Shown here one piece after another: positions 39,118 to 49,289 of a stretch of 64,000 nucleotides of DNA (position 1 is its first letter; every line of letters starts with the position of its first letter). The notes below the pieces were generated by a model. The model had not been told where the DNA came from and did no database searches. It saw only the letters and a program-made list of their open reading frames with translations. The stretch lies in IMG/VR virus record IMGVR_UViG_3300043446_002035. The stretch is one strand, 5' to 3'. Both the position numbers and the translations under genes were made by a program. Source of the DNA: an uncultured virus (IMG/VR IMGVR_UViG_3300043446_002035). Taxonomy: Duplodnaviria > Heunggongvirae > Uroviricota > Caudoviricetes.

Positions 39118-40638
39118 ATGTCAAAAGTGGTGACATTTGTTATACCAAGCAGTGCTTCACAAGCATATCAAGAACTTGCTAATAAGTATTCGGCTATTGA
39201 GCCACCAACATGGGCATTACTATTAGCAAATGCTGTTCGTGTCGAAGGTCATGACCCATGTATTCTAGACTTTGATGCTGACCCAGCAAGAGACATAGAG
39301 TTTGCTGCACATAAAATTGCTGACACTGGCGCAGACATAGCAGTATTTGTTCTCTACGGACAAAATCCAAACTCAGGCACCACAATGATGATTGGTGCAT
39401 CTAGACTAGCAACACAACTTAAACTCTCACACCCATCAATCAAAACAGTCTTCATTGGTTCACATGCATCAGCGTTACCATATGATGTGATTGGTTTACC
39501 GTACGTTGATTTTGTTTTTATCAATGAAGGTGTATACGGTCTTCTAGACTTACTTCAGACAAACTACAAAGACAATTTAGATAAAGTTCGTGGTCTTGTT
39601 TATAAGAAACAAGGCTTTGCTGCTACAGGTGCGCCTGGTGAGATTGTACAAACAAAAGATATGGACCGTGTGATGCCCGGCTACGCATGGGATTTGTTAC
39701 CAAAGAAAAGAAAATTACTAGACAAGTATCGTGCCCATTATTGGCACAACTATTTCAAAGATGATGGTCGCACACCGTTTGCTGCTATTTCTACTTCACT
39801 AGGTTGTTCATTTGGTTGTAACTTCTGTATGATTAATATTGTGAATCGTACATCATATGAACAAGGCACAGTTTCATCTGACTCACGTGGTATGCGTTTC
39901 TGGTCACCTGAATTGATGCTCAAAGAGTTTGAATATTTGTATGAGAATGGTGTTCGTACTGTCCGACTTACTGATGAGATGTTCTTTTTAAACAGAAAGT
40001 ATTATATACCAATTCTTGAAGGTATCAAACAACGTGGTATGGACTTTAATTTTTGGGCTTACGCACGTGTTGACTCTGTACGCAAGGATCAATTAGAATT
40101 GTTCAAAGAAGCAGGTGTAAATTGGTTGTGTCTTGGTATTGAAGCAGCAAATCAAAATGTAAGACTTGAGATTGAAAAAGGTAAGTTTGAAGATGTAGAT
40201 ATTCGTCGTGTTGTTGCCGATGTCAAAGCAGCAGACATCAACATTCTTGGTAACTATATGTTTGGTTTTCCAGAAGATACAATGGAAACAATGCAAGAGA
40301 CACTAGACTTGTCACTTGAATTGAATACCGAACATGCTAACTTCTACGCTGCAATGGCATTGCCAGGCAGTCCATTGTATATGTACGCCAAGAACAATGG
40401 TTGGGATTTACCAGAGAAGTTTGAAGAGTTTGCATTCTTATCTTATGATTGCAAACCATTACGCACAAAGACATTGACTGGTGCCGAAGTCTTGAAGTTT
40501 CGTGATGAAGCATGGCACAAATACTTTTCACATGAACCATTTCTGAATCTTGTTGAGACAAAGTTTGGTGAAGACTCAAGACGCAATCTTGTTGAAATGT
40601 CAAAGATTAAATTGAAACGAAAAATACTTGGAGATTGA
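39118..40638 (+). CDS. Cobalamin-binding radical SAM protein
   Basis: CSFGCNFC (CxxxCxxC); N-terminal B12-binding-like domain (EPP.W...LA, GSHASALP); DEMF, ARVD, GIE, GFPEDT, LPGSPLY. Confidence 0.9.
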   Translation: MSKVVTFVIPSSASQAYQELANKYSAIEPPTWALLLANAVRVEGHDPCILDFDADPARDIEFAAHKIADTGADIAVFVLYGQNPNSGTTMMIGASRLATQLKLSHPSIKTVFIGSHASALPYDVIGLPYVDFVFINEGVYGLLDLLQTNYKDNLDKVRGLVYKKQGFAATGAPGEIVQTKDMDRVMPGYAWDLLPKKRKLLDKYRAHYWHNYFKDDGRTPFAAISTSLGCSFGCNFCMINIVNRTSYEQGTVSSDSRGMRFWSPELMLKEFEYLYENGVRTVRLTDEMFFLNRKYYIPILEGIKQRGMDFNFWAYARVDSVRKDQLELFKEAGVNWLCLGIEAANQNVRLEIEKGKFEDVDIRRVVADVKAADINILGNYMFGFPEDTMETMQETLDLSLELNTEHANFYAAMALPGSPLYMYAKNNGWDLPEKFEEFAFLSYDCKPLRTKTLTGAEVLKFRDEAWHKYFSHEPFLNLVETKFGEDSRRNLVEMSKIKLKRKILGD

Positions 40639-40640
40639 TT

Positions 40641-41411
40641 ATGGATTTGCAAAGAAAAGCAAACTTATATCGCAAAGAATTATTTGAGAAGTTTGTTGAA
40701 GTAAAACAAGGACATCCTGGTTCTACTTTCTCAATGCTGGAGATTGTCACCACATTGTATCATGGTGGTTATGTTGGCTTTGAAGATAAAGTTATTATCA
40801 GCAAGGGTCATGCAACAGTAGCATTGTATCCTATTCTGCGTGACTTCAATATTATTCCTCAAGAAGATTGGGATAATTGGGGTAAAGGTAAACCAACATG
40901 TCTTCGTGTGTTTGGTAACATTTCTATACCTGGTATCGACATGACATCAGGCTCACTTGGTCATGGTATTGGTGTCGGTGCTGGTATGGCAATTGCTAAT
41001 CCAAACAGTCACGTTCACGTTGTTATTTCAGAAGGTGAACTGTATGAAGGTTCAACATGGGAAGCATTGTTGTTTGTTGCTCATCACCAAATCAAGAATA
41101 TGACAATCTTTATTGACATCAACAATCTTATCATTCTTGGTAAGACAGATGATTGTTTGATGCTCAATAGTATTCGTGAAAAGTTGTCTGGCTTTCCATT
41201 TGACATACACTCAGTTGATGGGCATAATACAAAAGAAATTATGAATGCTTTAGATGAAGCAGCATATCAACCAAAAATTGTTTTGTGTCATACAGTCAAA
41301 GGTAAAGGCTTCTCATTGATGGAGAACAAACCTGAATGGCACTACATGCAACCAATTACACCAGAAGAAATTGAACAATGCCGCAAGGAGATTAATGATG
41401 TTACAGCGTGA
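40641..41411 (+). CDS. Transketolase-like protein, N-terminal (TPP-binding) subunit
   Basis: GHPGS..S, SKGHA, SGSLGHG, SEGELYEGSTWEA, DGHN, TVKGKG. Confidence 0.9.
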   Translation: MDLQRKANLYRKELFEKFVEVKQGHPGSTFSMLEIVTTLYHGGYVGFEDKVIISKGHATVALYPILRDFNIIPQEDWDNWGKGKPTCLRVFGNISIPGIDMTSGSLGHGIGVGAGMAIANPNSHVHVVISEGELYEGSTWEALLFVAHHQIKNMTIFIDINNLIILGKTDDCLMLNSIREKLSGFPFDIHSVDGHNTKEIMNALDEAAYQPKIVLCHTVKGKGFSLMENKPEWHYMQPITPEEIEQCRKEINDVTA

Positions 41412-42315
41412 TGCATTCATTGAAGAGATAAACAAAAGACTACAAACAGACAGAGACATTTATTTTTTATCTGCTGACTTTGGTGCAGCAGCATTAGATT
41501 CTCTGCGTGAAACTTATCCAGACAACTTTATTCATTGTGGTATCTCAGAACAAGCAATGATTGATATTGCAACTGGACTGGCATTACAAGGTAAGAAAGT
41601 ATTTTGTTATGCGATGGCACCATTCATTTCTCTTCGTGCGATTGAACAAATCAAATGTGGACCATCAATGATGAATCTACCAATTGCAATTCTTTCAGTT
41701 GGTATTGGCATTGGTTATGCTGATGCTGGTCCTACACATTACATCACCGAAGATTTTGCTTGTATGCGTTCGGTACTTAATCTCAACATCTATACGTTGT
41801 CAGATGCTAGTTCAGCAAAACGATTGGTAAATAAACTATTAGACAAACCTGAGTTATGTTATGTTCGTTTTGATAGACATGATCAACCAGAACTGCCTGT
41901 CACAAATTTCACACAAGACTTAACTTATCGTTTGATGGGCGACACTGTTACTTCAAAGAAAGTTCTTGTGATTGGTTCCGGTAAGATGTCACATGTTATT
42001 GCCGATGCCTACAAAGAAAACCCTGACAAAATTGTTGGTGTTGATTTGATTCGTGCCAAACCATTTCCAAATACATTAAATATGTTGCTTCAAGAATGTG
42101 GTGGTGTGATTGTAATTGATGAACAAACACCATGTGGCTCTTTAGGTGCTGCTGTGCTTGAAGCAATGTCAGAAAGAAACTCACTGAATAAAAAAGTAAA
42201 AGTGATTACACTACCAGAAGAGTATTTGTTTGAGAACGGTGGTCGTGATTACTTATTGAAGAAACATGGTTTGAGTAAAGAAAATATTATTAAGACACTG
42301 AATGATAATTTCTAA
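41395..42315 (+). CDS. Transketolase-like protein, C-terminal subunit
   Basis: LSADFG, GISEQAM, F...RA.EQIK, GPTH...ED, YVR. Confidence 0.9.
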   Translation: MMLQRDAFIEEINKRLQTDRDIYFLSADFGAAALDSLRETYPDNFIHCGISEQAMIDIATGLALQGKKVFCYAMAPFISLRAIEQIKCGPSMMNLPIAILSVGIGIGYADAGPTHYITEDFACMRSVLNLNIYTLSDASSAKRLVNKLLDKPELCYVRFDRHDQPELPVTNFTQDLTYRLMGDTVTSKKVLVIGSGKMSHVIADAYKENPDKIVGVDLIRAKPFPNTLNMLLQECGGVIVIDEQTPCGSLGAAVLEAMSERNSLNKKVKVITLPEEYLFENGGRDYLLKKHGLSKENIIKTLNDNF

Positions 42316-43285
42316 AACTCCTTATCGTCTTTCTTTGTTTGGTGGTGGTACAGACTATCCAGATTGGTTTCAGTCAAGGCAGACTAAAATCATATCTGCT
42401 GCTATGGCGCATTATTGCTATATAAATCTAAAAGTTTTACCACCTTATTTTGATTATGTAAACAGAGTTATTTACTCTAAGATTGAGAGCGTATCAGATG
42501 TTTCACAAATAGACCATCCTTCTGTAAGGGAGTGTTTGAAATATTATGGTATACCTAACGGCGTTTCTATTACTCACGATGGCGATCTTCCTGCTCGTTC
42601 TGGCATTGGATCATCTTCTTCATTTACTGTTGGACTGATTCATGCCATACTCACATTACAAGGTAAATTACCAACACCATATGGCCTAGCACTAGATGCT
42701 ATCAATATAGAACAAAATTATATTGGTGAATCTGTCGGTGTTCAAGATCAAATTATGGCAGCATATGGTGGCATCCGTGTTCTTGAACTTTCTGGTGCAA
42801 ACATGAATGTTCGTGATCTAAGAATCAAAGATGATTATGTCTTAGACCTAGAAGAACACATCATGCTAGGTTTTTCTGGTATTGATAGATTTTCAAATGT
42901 ACATGCCAAGCAACAAGTTGATGCAATCAAAGAAGGTAAGTCTAAAAAATTACTTGAAGAAATTACAACAATTACCGAAACAGCATTGCATATTTTTGAA
43001 AGTCATGGTAAAATAAAAGAGATAGGTGAACTACTGAAGTATCAGTGGAGTCGCAAACGACAACTCACGAACACTGTTACAACTGATTACATAGATACAA
43101 TATACAATAAAGCCATCAATGCTGGCGCATACGGTGGCAAATTGATGGGTGCAGGTGGTGGTGGTTTCTTTATGTTTCTTGCACCACCTGATGCACATGA
43201 AAGAATCAAACAAGCAATACCTGAAATCAATGTATGGGTGCCTTTTAGATTTGATTTTGAAGGCTCAAAAATTATAATGGAGTGA
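42302..43285 (+). CDS. GHMP-family sugar kinase (HddA/heptose-7-phosphate kinase-like)
   Basis: TPYRLSLFGGGTD, DLPARSGIGSSSSF, VGVQDQ, GGKLMGAGGGGF. Confidence 0.88.
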   Translation: MIISKTPYRLSLFGGGTDYPDWFQSRQTKIISAAMAHYCYINLKVLPPYFDYVNRVIYSKIESVSDVSQIDHPSVRECLKYYGIPNGVSITHDGDLPARSGIGSSSSFTVGLIHAILTLQGKLPTPYGLALDAINIEQNYIGESVGVQDQIMAAYGGIRVLELSGANMNVRDLRIKDDYVLDLEEHIMLGFSGIDRFSNVHAKQQVDAIKEGKSKKLLEEITTITETALHIFESHGKIKEIGELLKYQWSRKRQLTNTVTTDYIDTIYNKAINAGAYGGKLMGAGGGGFFMFLAPPDAHERIKQAIPEINVWVPFRFDFEGSKIIME

Positions 43286-43287
43286 TG

Positions 43288-44463
43288 ATGAAGTACCCTC
43301 TAATGTCAGATAATATTACTAGAGAAGATTTAGATTTGGTAATAGAACACCTTAAAAAAGATAATCCTAAACTTACAAACGGTCCAGAGTGCTATGCTTT
43401 TGAACAAGCATGGAGCAAATGGTTAGGTGTAAAATACTCTGTGTTTGTTAACTCAGGTGCTTCTGCTAATCTTTTATCAATGACAATGTTGAAGATTAAA
43501 CATCCAGAAGGTGGTGAAGTCATCGTACCACCATTTACATGGGTGTCTGACATTGCATCTATTCTTCAATGTGGTTTCACACCAGTGTTTGTTGACATTG
43601 ATTTAGATACACTTGGTATGAATGAGTTTGGCATACTCAATGCGATTACTGACAAAACACGTGCAGTATTTATTACGTATGCACAAGGCTTTGATTGTTT
43701 ATCTGGCAGAGTATTGGAAGTGCTACGTCATCGCAACATACCTTTAATTGAAGATGTGTGTGAATCACACGGTGCAACACACAATGGTAAATTACTTGGC
43801 AGTTATGGTTGGATGTCAAATTTCTCATTCTACTTTGCACATCACATGTCTACTATTGAAGGTGGCATGGTATGTACAAATGATGAAGAAGTTTATCGCA
43901 CAGTTCGTATGCTTCGTTCACATGGCATGGTTCGTGAATGTGGTGACTGGATAATGGCTGAAAAATATAAGGCAGAATATCCAGAGTTGAACTCAGACTT
44001 TATCTTTGCTTATGCTGCATACAATATGCGTAACAATGAGATTGGCGGCATACTTGGTCAAAATCAGTTGAAACATTTGGATGAAAATGTTAAACTACGA
44101 AATGAGAATCTTTTTTACTTCTTATCAAAACTAGATCAGAAGAAATATAAGGTGGACTTCAGATTGATTGGTTGTAGCAACTATGCGTTCAACATTGTTT
44201 TACAGTCAGAATATGCTAACAAAGATTTTGTAGAAAGACTGATGCATAAGATGCGTGATGAAGAGATTGAGTTTCGTCGTGGTTCAGCAGGTGGTGGTAA
44301 TCAATTGAGACAGCCATATCTAAAAGGTATTGTACCTCAAGATCATTACATGAAATATCCGAATACTGATCACATGCATTTTTATTCTTTCTATGTTGGT
44401 AACTACCCAACACTAAGCAAAATATCAATTGATGAAATAACAAATGTATTGAATAGGGTGTAA
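43288..44463 (+). CDS. PLP-dependent DegT-fold NDP-sugar 3-dehydratase (ColD/RfbH-like)
   Basis: VNSGASANL, EDVCESHGA, SFYFAHHMSTIEGG with His at the position of the catalytic Lys. Confidence 0.82.
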   Translation: MKYPLMSDNITREDLDLVIEHLKKDNPKLTNGPECYAFEQAWSKWLGVKYSVFVNSGASANLLSMTMLKIKHPEGGEVIVPPFTWVSDIASILQCGFTPVFVDIDLDTLGMNEFGILNAITDKTRAVFITYAQGFDCLSGRVLEVLRHRNIPLIEDVCESHGATHNGKLLGSYGWMSNFSFYFAHHMSTIEGGMVCTNDEEVYRTVRMLRSHGMVRECGDWIMAEKYKAEYPELNSDFIFAYAAYNMRNNEIGGILGQNQLKHLDENVKLRNENLFYFLSKLDQKKYKVDFRLIGCSNYAFNIVLQSEYANKDFVERLMHKMRDEEIEFRRGSAGGGNQLRQPYLKGIVPQDHYMKYPNTDHMHFYSFYVGNYPTLSKISIDEITNVLNRV

Positions 44464-44464
44464 C

Positions 44465-45397
44465 ATGAATATATTAGTGACTGGTGGTGCAGGTTATATT
44501 GGCTGCATTCTGACTGAGTATTTGATGCAGATGAATCATGAAGTAACTCTTATTGATAACTTCATGTATAAACAGACAGGTTTAAATCATCTTTGTGAAA
44601 ACAAAAAACTTACTATTGTAAATGGTGACATTCGTAATCCACATCACATGTCACCATTGCTGAAGAAAGCAGATGTCATTATACCTCTTGCCGCACTTGT
44701 TGGCGCACCGTTGTGCAATAAAGATGTTGTTGGTGCAGATACAACAAACAAAGATGCCATGTTCTGGATGTTGAATGCCGTTTCTGATGAACAGCGTATC
44801 ATCATGCCGACAACCAACTCTGCATATGGTACAGGTGATGAAAATAATTTCTGTACAGAAGATTCACCACTGCGACCAATCTCAAAGTATGCTATTGATA
44901 AAGTTGCTGTAGAACAACGATTGATGGAACGTGAGAACTCAATCAGTTATCGTTTGGCTACAGTGTTTGGTATGTCACCACGTATGCGTACAGATTTGCT
45001 GGTAAACGATTTAGTTTATCGTGCAGTTAATGATGGATATGTAATCATCTTTGAAGGTCACTTCAAACGTAACTACATTCATGTTCGTGATGTATGTGAA
45101 GCATTTCTACATGCCATGTATCAGTTTGATGAAATGAAGAGCAACATCTACAATGTAGGTCTGTCTTCAGCAAATGTATCTAAATTAGAACTCTGTGACA
45201 TTATCAAGAAACATATACCAACATTCACAGTTATAGAAGGCGATATCAAGAAAGACCCAGATCAACGTAATTACATTGTCTCTAATGAAAAATTAGAAGC
45301 AACAGGTTGGTTGCCTTATTATACAATAGATGATGGTGTAGAAGAACTCATCAAGGGATATACATACTTGAAGAATAACATTTACGGTAATGTATAA
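44465..45397 (+). CDS. NAD-dependent sugar epimerase/dehydratase/reductase (extended SDR)
   Basis: ILVTGGAGYIG, YAIDK (YxxxK), RLATVFG.SPRMR.DL. Confidence 0.9.
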   Translation: MNILVTGGAGYIGCILTEYLMQMNHEVTLIDNFMYKQTGLNHLCENKKLTIVNGDIRNPHHMSPLLKKADVIIPLAALVGAPLCNKDVVGADTTNKDAMFWMLNAVSDEQRIIMPTTNSAYGTGDENNFCTEDSPLRPISKYAIDKVAVEQRLMERENSISYRLATVFGMSPRMRTDLLVNDLVYRAVNDGYVIIFEGHFKRNYIHVRDVCEAFLHAMYQFDEMKSNIYNVGLSSANVSKLELCDIIKKHIPTFTVIEGDIKKDPDQRNYIVSNEKLEATGWLPYYTIDDGVEELIKGYTYLKNNIYGNV

Positions 45398-45936
45398 TGA
45401 CAACATCAAATCATTACGTCAACAACGCAGACTTTCTAGCAGCACTTATAAAATATAGAACAGATTGTGAAGATGCGAAGACTAATAGTAAACCAGAACC
45501 AAAGATACCAGATTACATTGGTGAGTGCTTTCTAAAGATTGCAGAACATCTATCACGTAAGCCAAACTTTATTTCATACACATACCGTGATGAGATGATA
45601 TCAGATGGTGTAGAAAACTGTCTGATGTACTTTCGCAACTTTGACCCGGCTAAATCAAAAAATCCATTTGCCTACTTCACACAAATAATTTACTATGCAT
45701 TTCTACGTAGAATTATGCGTGAAAAGAAACAACTATATGTGAAGTACAAAGCCACACAACAATTCGGTTTGCTTGATGAGGGTGAGATGTACGAAGATGA
45801 AAACGGTAATATGAAACAGTTTGAATTGTATGATAACATCTCAGAGTTTATTCACAACTTTGAGGAAAATAAGAAAAAGAAAAAAGAAAAGAAGTCGGAG
45901 GGGCTTGAACAATTCCTAGATGATGATGTAGAATAA
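45397..45936 (+). CDS. gp55: Late-transcription sigma factor gp55
   Basis: HYVNN..F, YIGECFLKIA..LS..PNF..Y.YRDEMI.DG, NPFAYFTQI.YYAF.RRI..EK. Confidence 0.96.
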   Translation: MTTSNHYVNNADFLAALIKYRTDCEDAKTNSKPEPKIPDYIGECFLKIAEHLSRKPNFISYTYRDEMISDGVENCLMYFRNFDPAKSKNPFAYFTQIIYYAFLRRIMREKKQLYVKYKATQQFGLLDEGEMYEDENGNMKQFELYDNISEFIHNFEENKKKKKEKKSEGLEQFLDDDVE

Positions 45937-45940
45937 TATT

Positions 45941-47017
45941 ATGAAAATATGTGTGCTTGGTGATACTCACTTCGGTATGAGAGGTGACTCTTTAGATTTT
46001 CATAAATACATAGAGAAGTTCTATGCGAACGTCTTTTTCCCATATCTAAAGGATCACAATGTTACTACCGTTGTACAACTTGGTGATCTTTTCGACCGCC
46101 GTAAGTTTATTAACTTCAATTCACTCTATCTGTGTCGTGAATATTTCTTTGATAAACTTGCAGAAAACAACATCACATTCATCACGTTCCTTGGTAACCA
46201 TGATGTTGCTTTCAAAAACACCTTACAGGTTAACTCATCTAAATTACTTTTAGACGGTTATGATAACATTACTGTACTGGATACTTTCAATACAATGCAG
46301 TTTGGCGGTATTGATGTTGATCTGGTACCTTGGATCTGTGATGACAACCAAGAAGAAATTCTTCAAAAACTAAAAGACTCCAAATCACAAATCGTTTTTG
46401 GCCATTTTGAAATAAAAGGTTTTGAAATGGACCGTGGCAACATTTGCCATGAAGGTGTTGACAAGTCACTGTTTAACAAGTATGATATAGTTTTGTCTGG
46501 CCATTTTCATCATCGTTCTGATGACGGCCATATTTACTATGTTGGCACACCGAATGAAATGACATGGGCAGATTATAATGACCCACGTGGCTTTGTTATC
46601 TTTGACACACATACCCGTGAACAAGAGTTTGTTAAAAACCCATACAGAATGTTTCATAAGTTGAACTACAATGACGAACTTGAACATTTTGCTGAGGGTT
46701 ACAAATCTTCATTTATGGATTATTCGGTCTATGAAGGTTGCTATGTCAAAGTTGTTGTAGTCAATAAACTAAATCCATTTTTGTTTGACTTTGTGATTGA
46801 TAGCATTTACAAGGCTGGCGCTGCTGACATATCAATCGTAGAAGACTTTACCGACACGACAGGTGATGTTGACCAAGAACTAATTGACCAAGCAGAAGAT
46901 ACGATGACGATTCTTTCAAAGTATATTGATAACATGACAATCAATGTGGAACCTGATAAACTAAAAAACATTATGCAGGAACTTTACGTTGAGGCTTTGA
47001 GTACCACTACTGAATGA
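45941..47017 (+). CDS. gp47: Recombination nuclease subunit gp47 (Mre11/SbcD-like)
   Basis: GDTHFG, GDLFD.R, GNHD, SGHFH. Confidence 0.94.
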   Translation: MKICVLGDTHFGMRGDSLDFHKYIEKFYANVFFPYLKDHNVTTVVQLGDLFDRRKFINFNSLYLCREYFFDKLAENNITFITFLGNHDVAFKNTLQVNSSKLLLDGYDNITVLDTFNTMQFGGIDVDLVPWICDDNQEEILQKLKDSKSQIVFGHFEIKGFEMDRGNICHEGVDKSLFNKYDIVLSGHFHHRSDDGHIYYVGTPNEMTWADYNDPRGFVIFDTHTREQEFVKNPYRMFHKLNYNDELEHFAEGYKSSFMDYSVYEGCYVKVVVVNKLNPFLFDFVIDSIYKAGAADISIVEDFTDTTGDVDQELIDQAEDTMTILSKYIDNMTINVEPDKLKNIMQELYVEALSTTTE

Positions 47018-48720
47018 TATTATTTAAAACTCTGCGTTGGAAAAATCTATTAAGTACAGGCAATTACTTTACCGAGATAGCACTTAATAGCAATGCTAAT
47101 ACATTAATAGTTGGCACAAATGGTTCAGGCAAGTCAACAATGCTTGATGCCTTGTGCTTTGGTTTGTTTGGTAAGCCGTTTCGTAATGTCAACAAACCTA
47201 ATTTATTAAATAGTATAAACAGTAGAGATTGTGTTGTTGAAATAGAATTTTCTATTGGTAGCAAAGAGTTCAAGATTGTTCGTGGCATTAAACCAAACAT
47301 CTTTGAAATCTACCAAGATACAGTTTTGCTGAATCAAGATGCGGCTGTAAAAGACTATCAAGACTATCTAGAGAGGTTTATTCTCAAACTAAACTACAAG
47401 TCTTTTACGCAGATCGTCATACTTGGTTCAGCATCCTTTACACCGTTCATGCAGTTGTCTGCTGCTGACCGTAGAGCAATCATTGAAGATTTACTAGACA
47501 TACAAATCTTTTCTACGATGAATAGTCTCATCAAAGAAAGATTGTCAACAAACAAAGATCAAACCGTATCAAAAAAGAATGATATAGCATTGTTGCTTCA
47601 GAAATATGAATTGAAGAAAGAGCATCAGGATAAACTGAATCAAGATAACGAAGAGAAGGTAAAAGAATATGAGAAAGAGATACTTCTGCACAGAGAAACC
47701 ATACGCACCCTACATGATGACATTGACAGCTTGGAGCAAGCCAAGCAAACCTTATCAGAAATCTGTGCTAAAATTCCTGAAAATGAAAAGAAGATTACTT
47801 CGTTTAAAAAAGTTGAATCTCAGATTGAAAGCAAAATATCCAAATTGGGAACAGATAGAGAGTTCTATGAACACAATGCTGATTGCCCAACCTGTAGGCA
47901 AGCCATTACCTTGGAGTTTAAAGAGGGGCAACTTAGCGAACTTGGAACAAAAGAAAAAGAACTTGTTAGTGGTCTAGTAGAACTTCAGACAAAAATTACT
48001 GAACAAGAAACTGTTGTAACTGAACTTCGTGAAAAAGAAAAAGAGTTATCAAATGTTCGTATTCAATTGGCAACTACACAAACCAGTGTAAAAGGTTTGA
48101 ATGATTCAATCACTAAACTGGAAAAACAAATCAAACAAGTACAAAAGCCAAAAGAAAACGTTGATGAAAATGAGTTGAGCTTAATCAAGAAAGAAGTTGA
48201 ACAAGCACAAGAAGAACTGAAGCAGTTGTTGGATGAAAAGGCATACTATGATGTTGCCTCTTCATTGTTGAAAGATACTGGTATCAAAACTAACATTATC
48301 AAACAGTATTTACCTGTGATAAACAAATTAGTGAACAAGTATCTTACAAGCATGGATTTCTTTGTAAACTTTAATCTTGATGAATCGTTTAGAGAAACAA
48401 TTAAATCCAGACATCGTGATGAGTTTTCATATCACAACTTCTCAGAAGGTGAGAAACAGCGTATTGATATGGCACTGATGTTGACATGGCGTGCCGTAGC
48501 AAAACTAAAGAATTCTACCAACACTAATCTATTAATACTTGATGAAGTGTTTGATTCAAGTTTAGATACAAGTGGCACAGAAGACTTGATGAAGATATTG
48601 CACTCTCTTGATGATGTAAATCTATTTGTCATCAGCCACAAGGGTGACATATTACAAGATAAATTTGCAAATACAATTAGGTTTGAGAAAGTTAAAAACT
48701 TTTCAAGGATAGTGAAATGA
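47014..48720 (+). CDS. gp46: Recombination ATPase gp46 (Rad50/SbcC-like)
   Basis: GTNGSGKST, zinc hook CPTC, FSEGEK, LILDEVFD, ISHK. Confidence 0.96.
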   Translation: MILFKTLRWKNLLSTGNYFTEIALNSNANTLIVGTNGSGKSTMLDALCFGLFGKPFRNVNKPNLLNSINSRDCVVEIEFSIGSKEFKIVRGIKPNIFEIYQDTVLLNQDAAVKDYQDYLERFILKLNYKSFTQIVILGSASFTPFMQLSAADRRAIIEDLLDIQIFSTMNSLIKERLSTNKDQTVSKKNDIALLLQKYELKKEHQDKLNQDNEEKVKEYEKEILLHRETIRTLHDDIDSLEQAKQTLSEICAKIPENEKKITSFKKVESQIESKISKLGTDREFYEHNADCPTCRQAITLEFKEGQLSELGTKEKELVSGLVELQTKITEQETVVTELREKEKELSNVRIQLATTQTSVKGLNDSITKLEKQIKQVQKPKENVDENELSLIKKEVEQAQEELKQLLDEKAYYDVASSLLKDTGIKTNIIKQYLPVINKLVNKYLTSMDFFVNFNLDESFRETIKSRHRDEFSYHNFSEGEKQRIDMALMLTWRAVAKLKNSTNTNLLILDEVFDSSLDTSGTEDLMKILHSLDDVNLFVISHKGDILQDKFANTIRFEKVKNFSRIVK

Positions 48721-49289
48721 GTGAAAAACTAATTATTGATACTACTGCTGGTATACAACAGATAGAAAAGATTGATCCTCTTCGTGTGTTTGGTGAAGAT
48801 TATCCTATGCTTGGTCAAAAGATACCAGAATACACCGGTGGATTTCCTGCACCAGCATTAGTTACATTGGCCAAAAGATTGAAGATGACAATGAAACTTT
48901 ATGCAGGTTTAGGTTTGTCTGCCAATCAATGCGGCGTTGCTGAAAGAATCTTTGTGATTGGTACCGAAGAGTTTCAATTGGTATGTATTAATCCCAAAGT
49001 CGTAGATGAAGGTCCATATGTAAAGGACAAAGAAGGCTGTTTATCTTTTCCTGGTTTGTTTTTGAATGTTGATAGACCATCATGGATTGAAGTAGAGTTC
49101 ACAGACGAAAACGGCAACTTAAATCAGGTAAAACTTCATGGGTTATCTGCACGTTGTTTTCTACATGAGCTTGACCATCTCAACGGAGTAAGATATACTA
49201 ATCTTGTGAAGCCTCTTGCGTTGAAAATGGCAAGACAAAAGGCAAACAAACTTGTGAAAAAAATTATTCGTAAAAGCAAAAAACAATGA
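48717..49289 (+). CDS. def: Peptide deformylase
   Basis: GLGLSANQCG, EGCLSFP, HELDHLNG. Confidence 0.93.
   Translation: MSEKLIIDTTAGIQQIEKIDPLRVFGEDYPMLGQKIPEYTGGFPAPALVTLAKRLKMTMKLYAGLGLSANQCGVAERIFVIGTEEFQLVCINPKVVDEGPYVKDKEGCLSFPGLFLNVDRPSWIEVEFTDENGNLNQVKLHGLSARCFLHELDHLNGVRYTNLVKPLALKMARQKANKLVKKIIRKSKKQ

Noticed and set aside
40641..42315. Transketolase as a pentose-phosphate auxiliary metabolic gene
   Set aside because: Split form, altered motifs and NDP-sugar gene context argue for a specialised role
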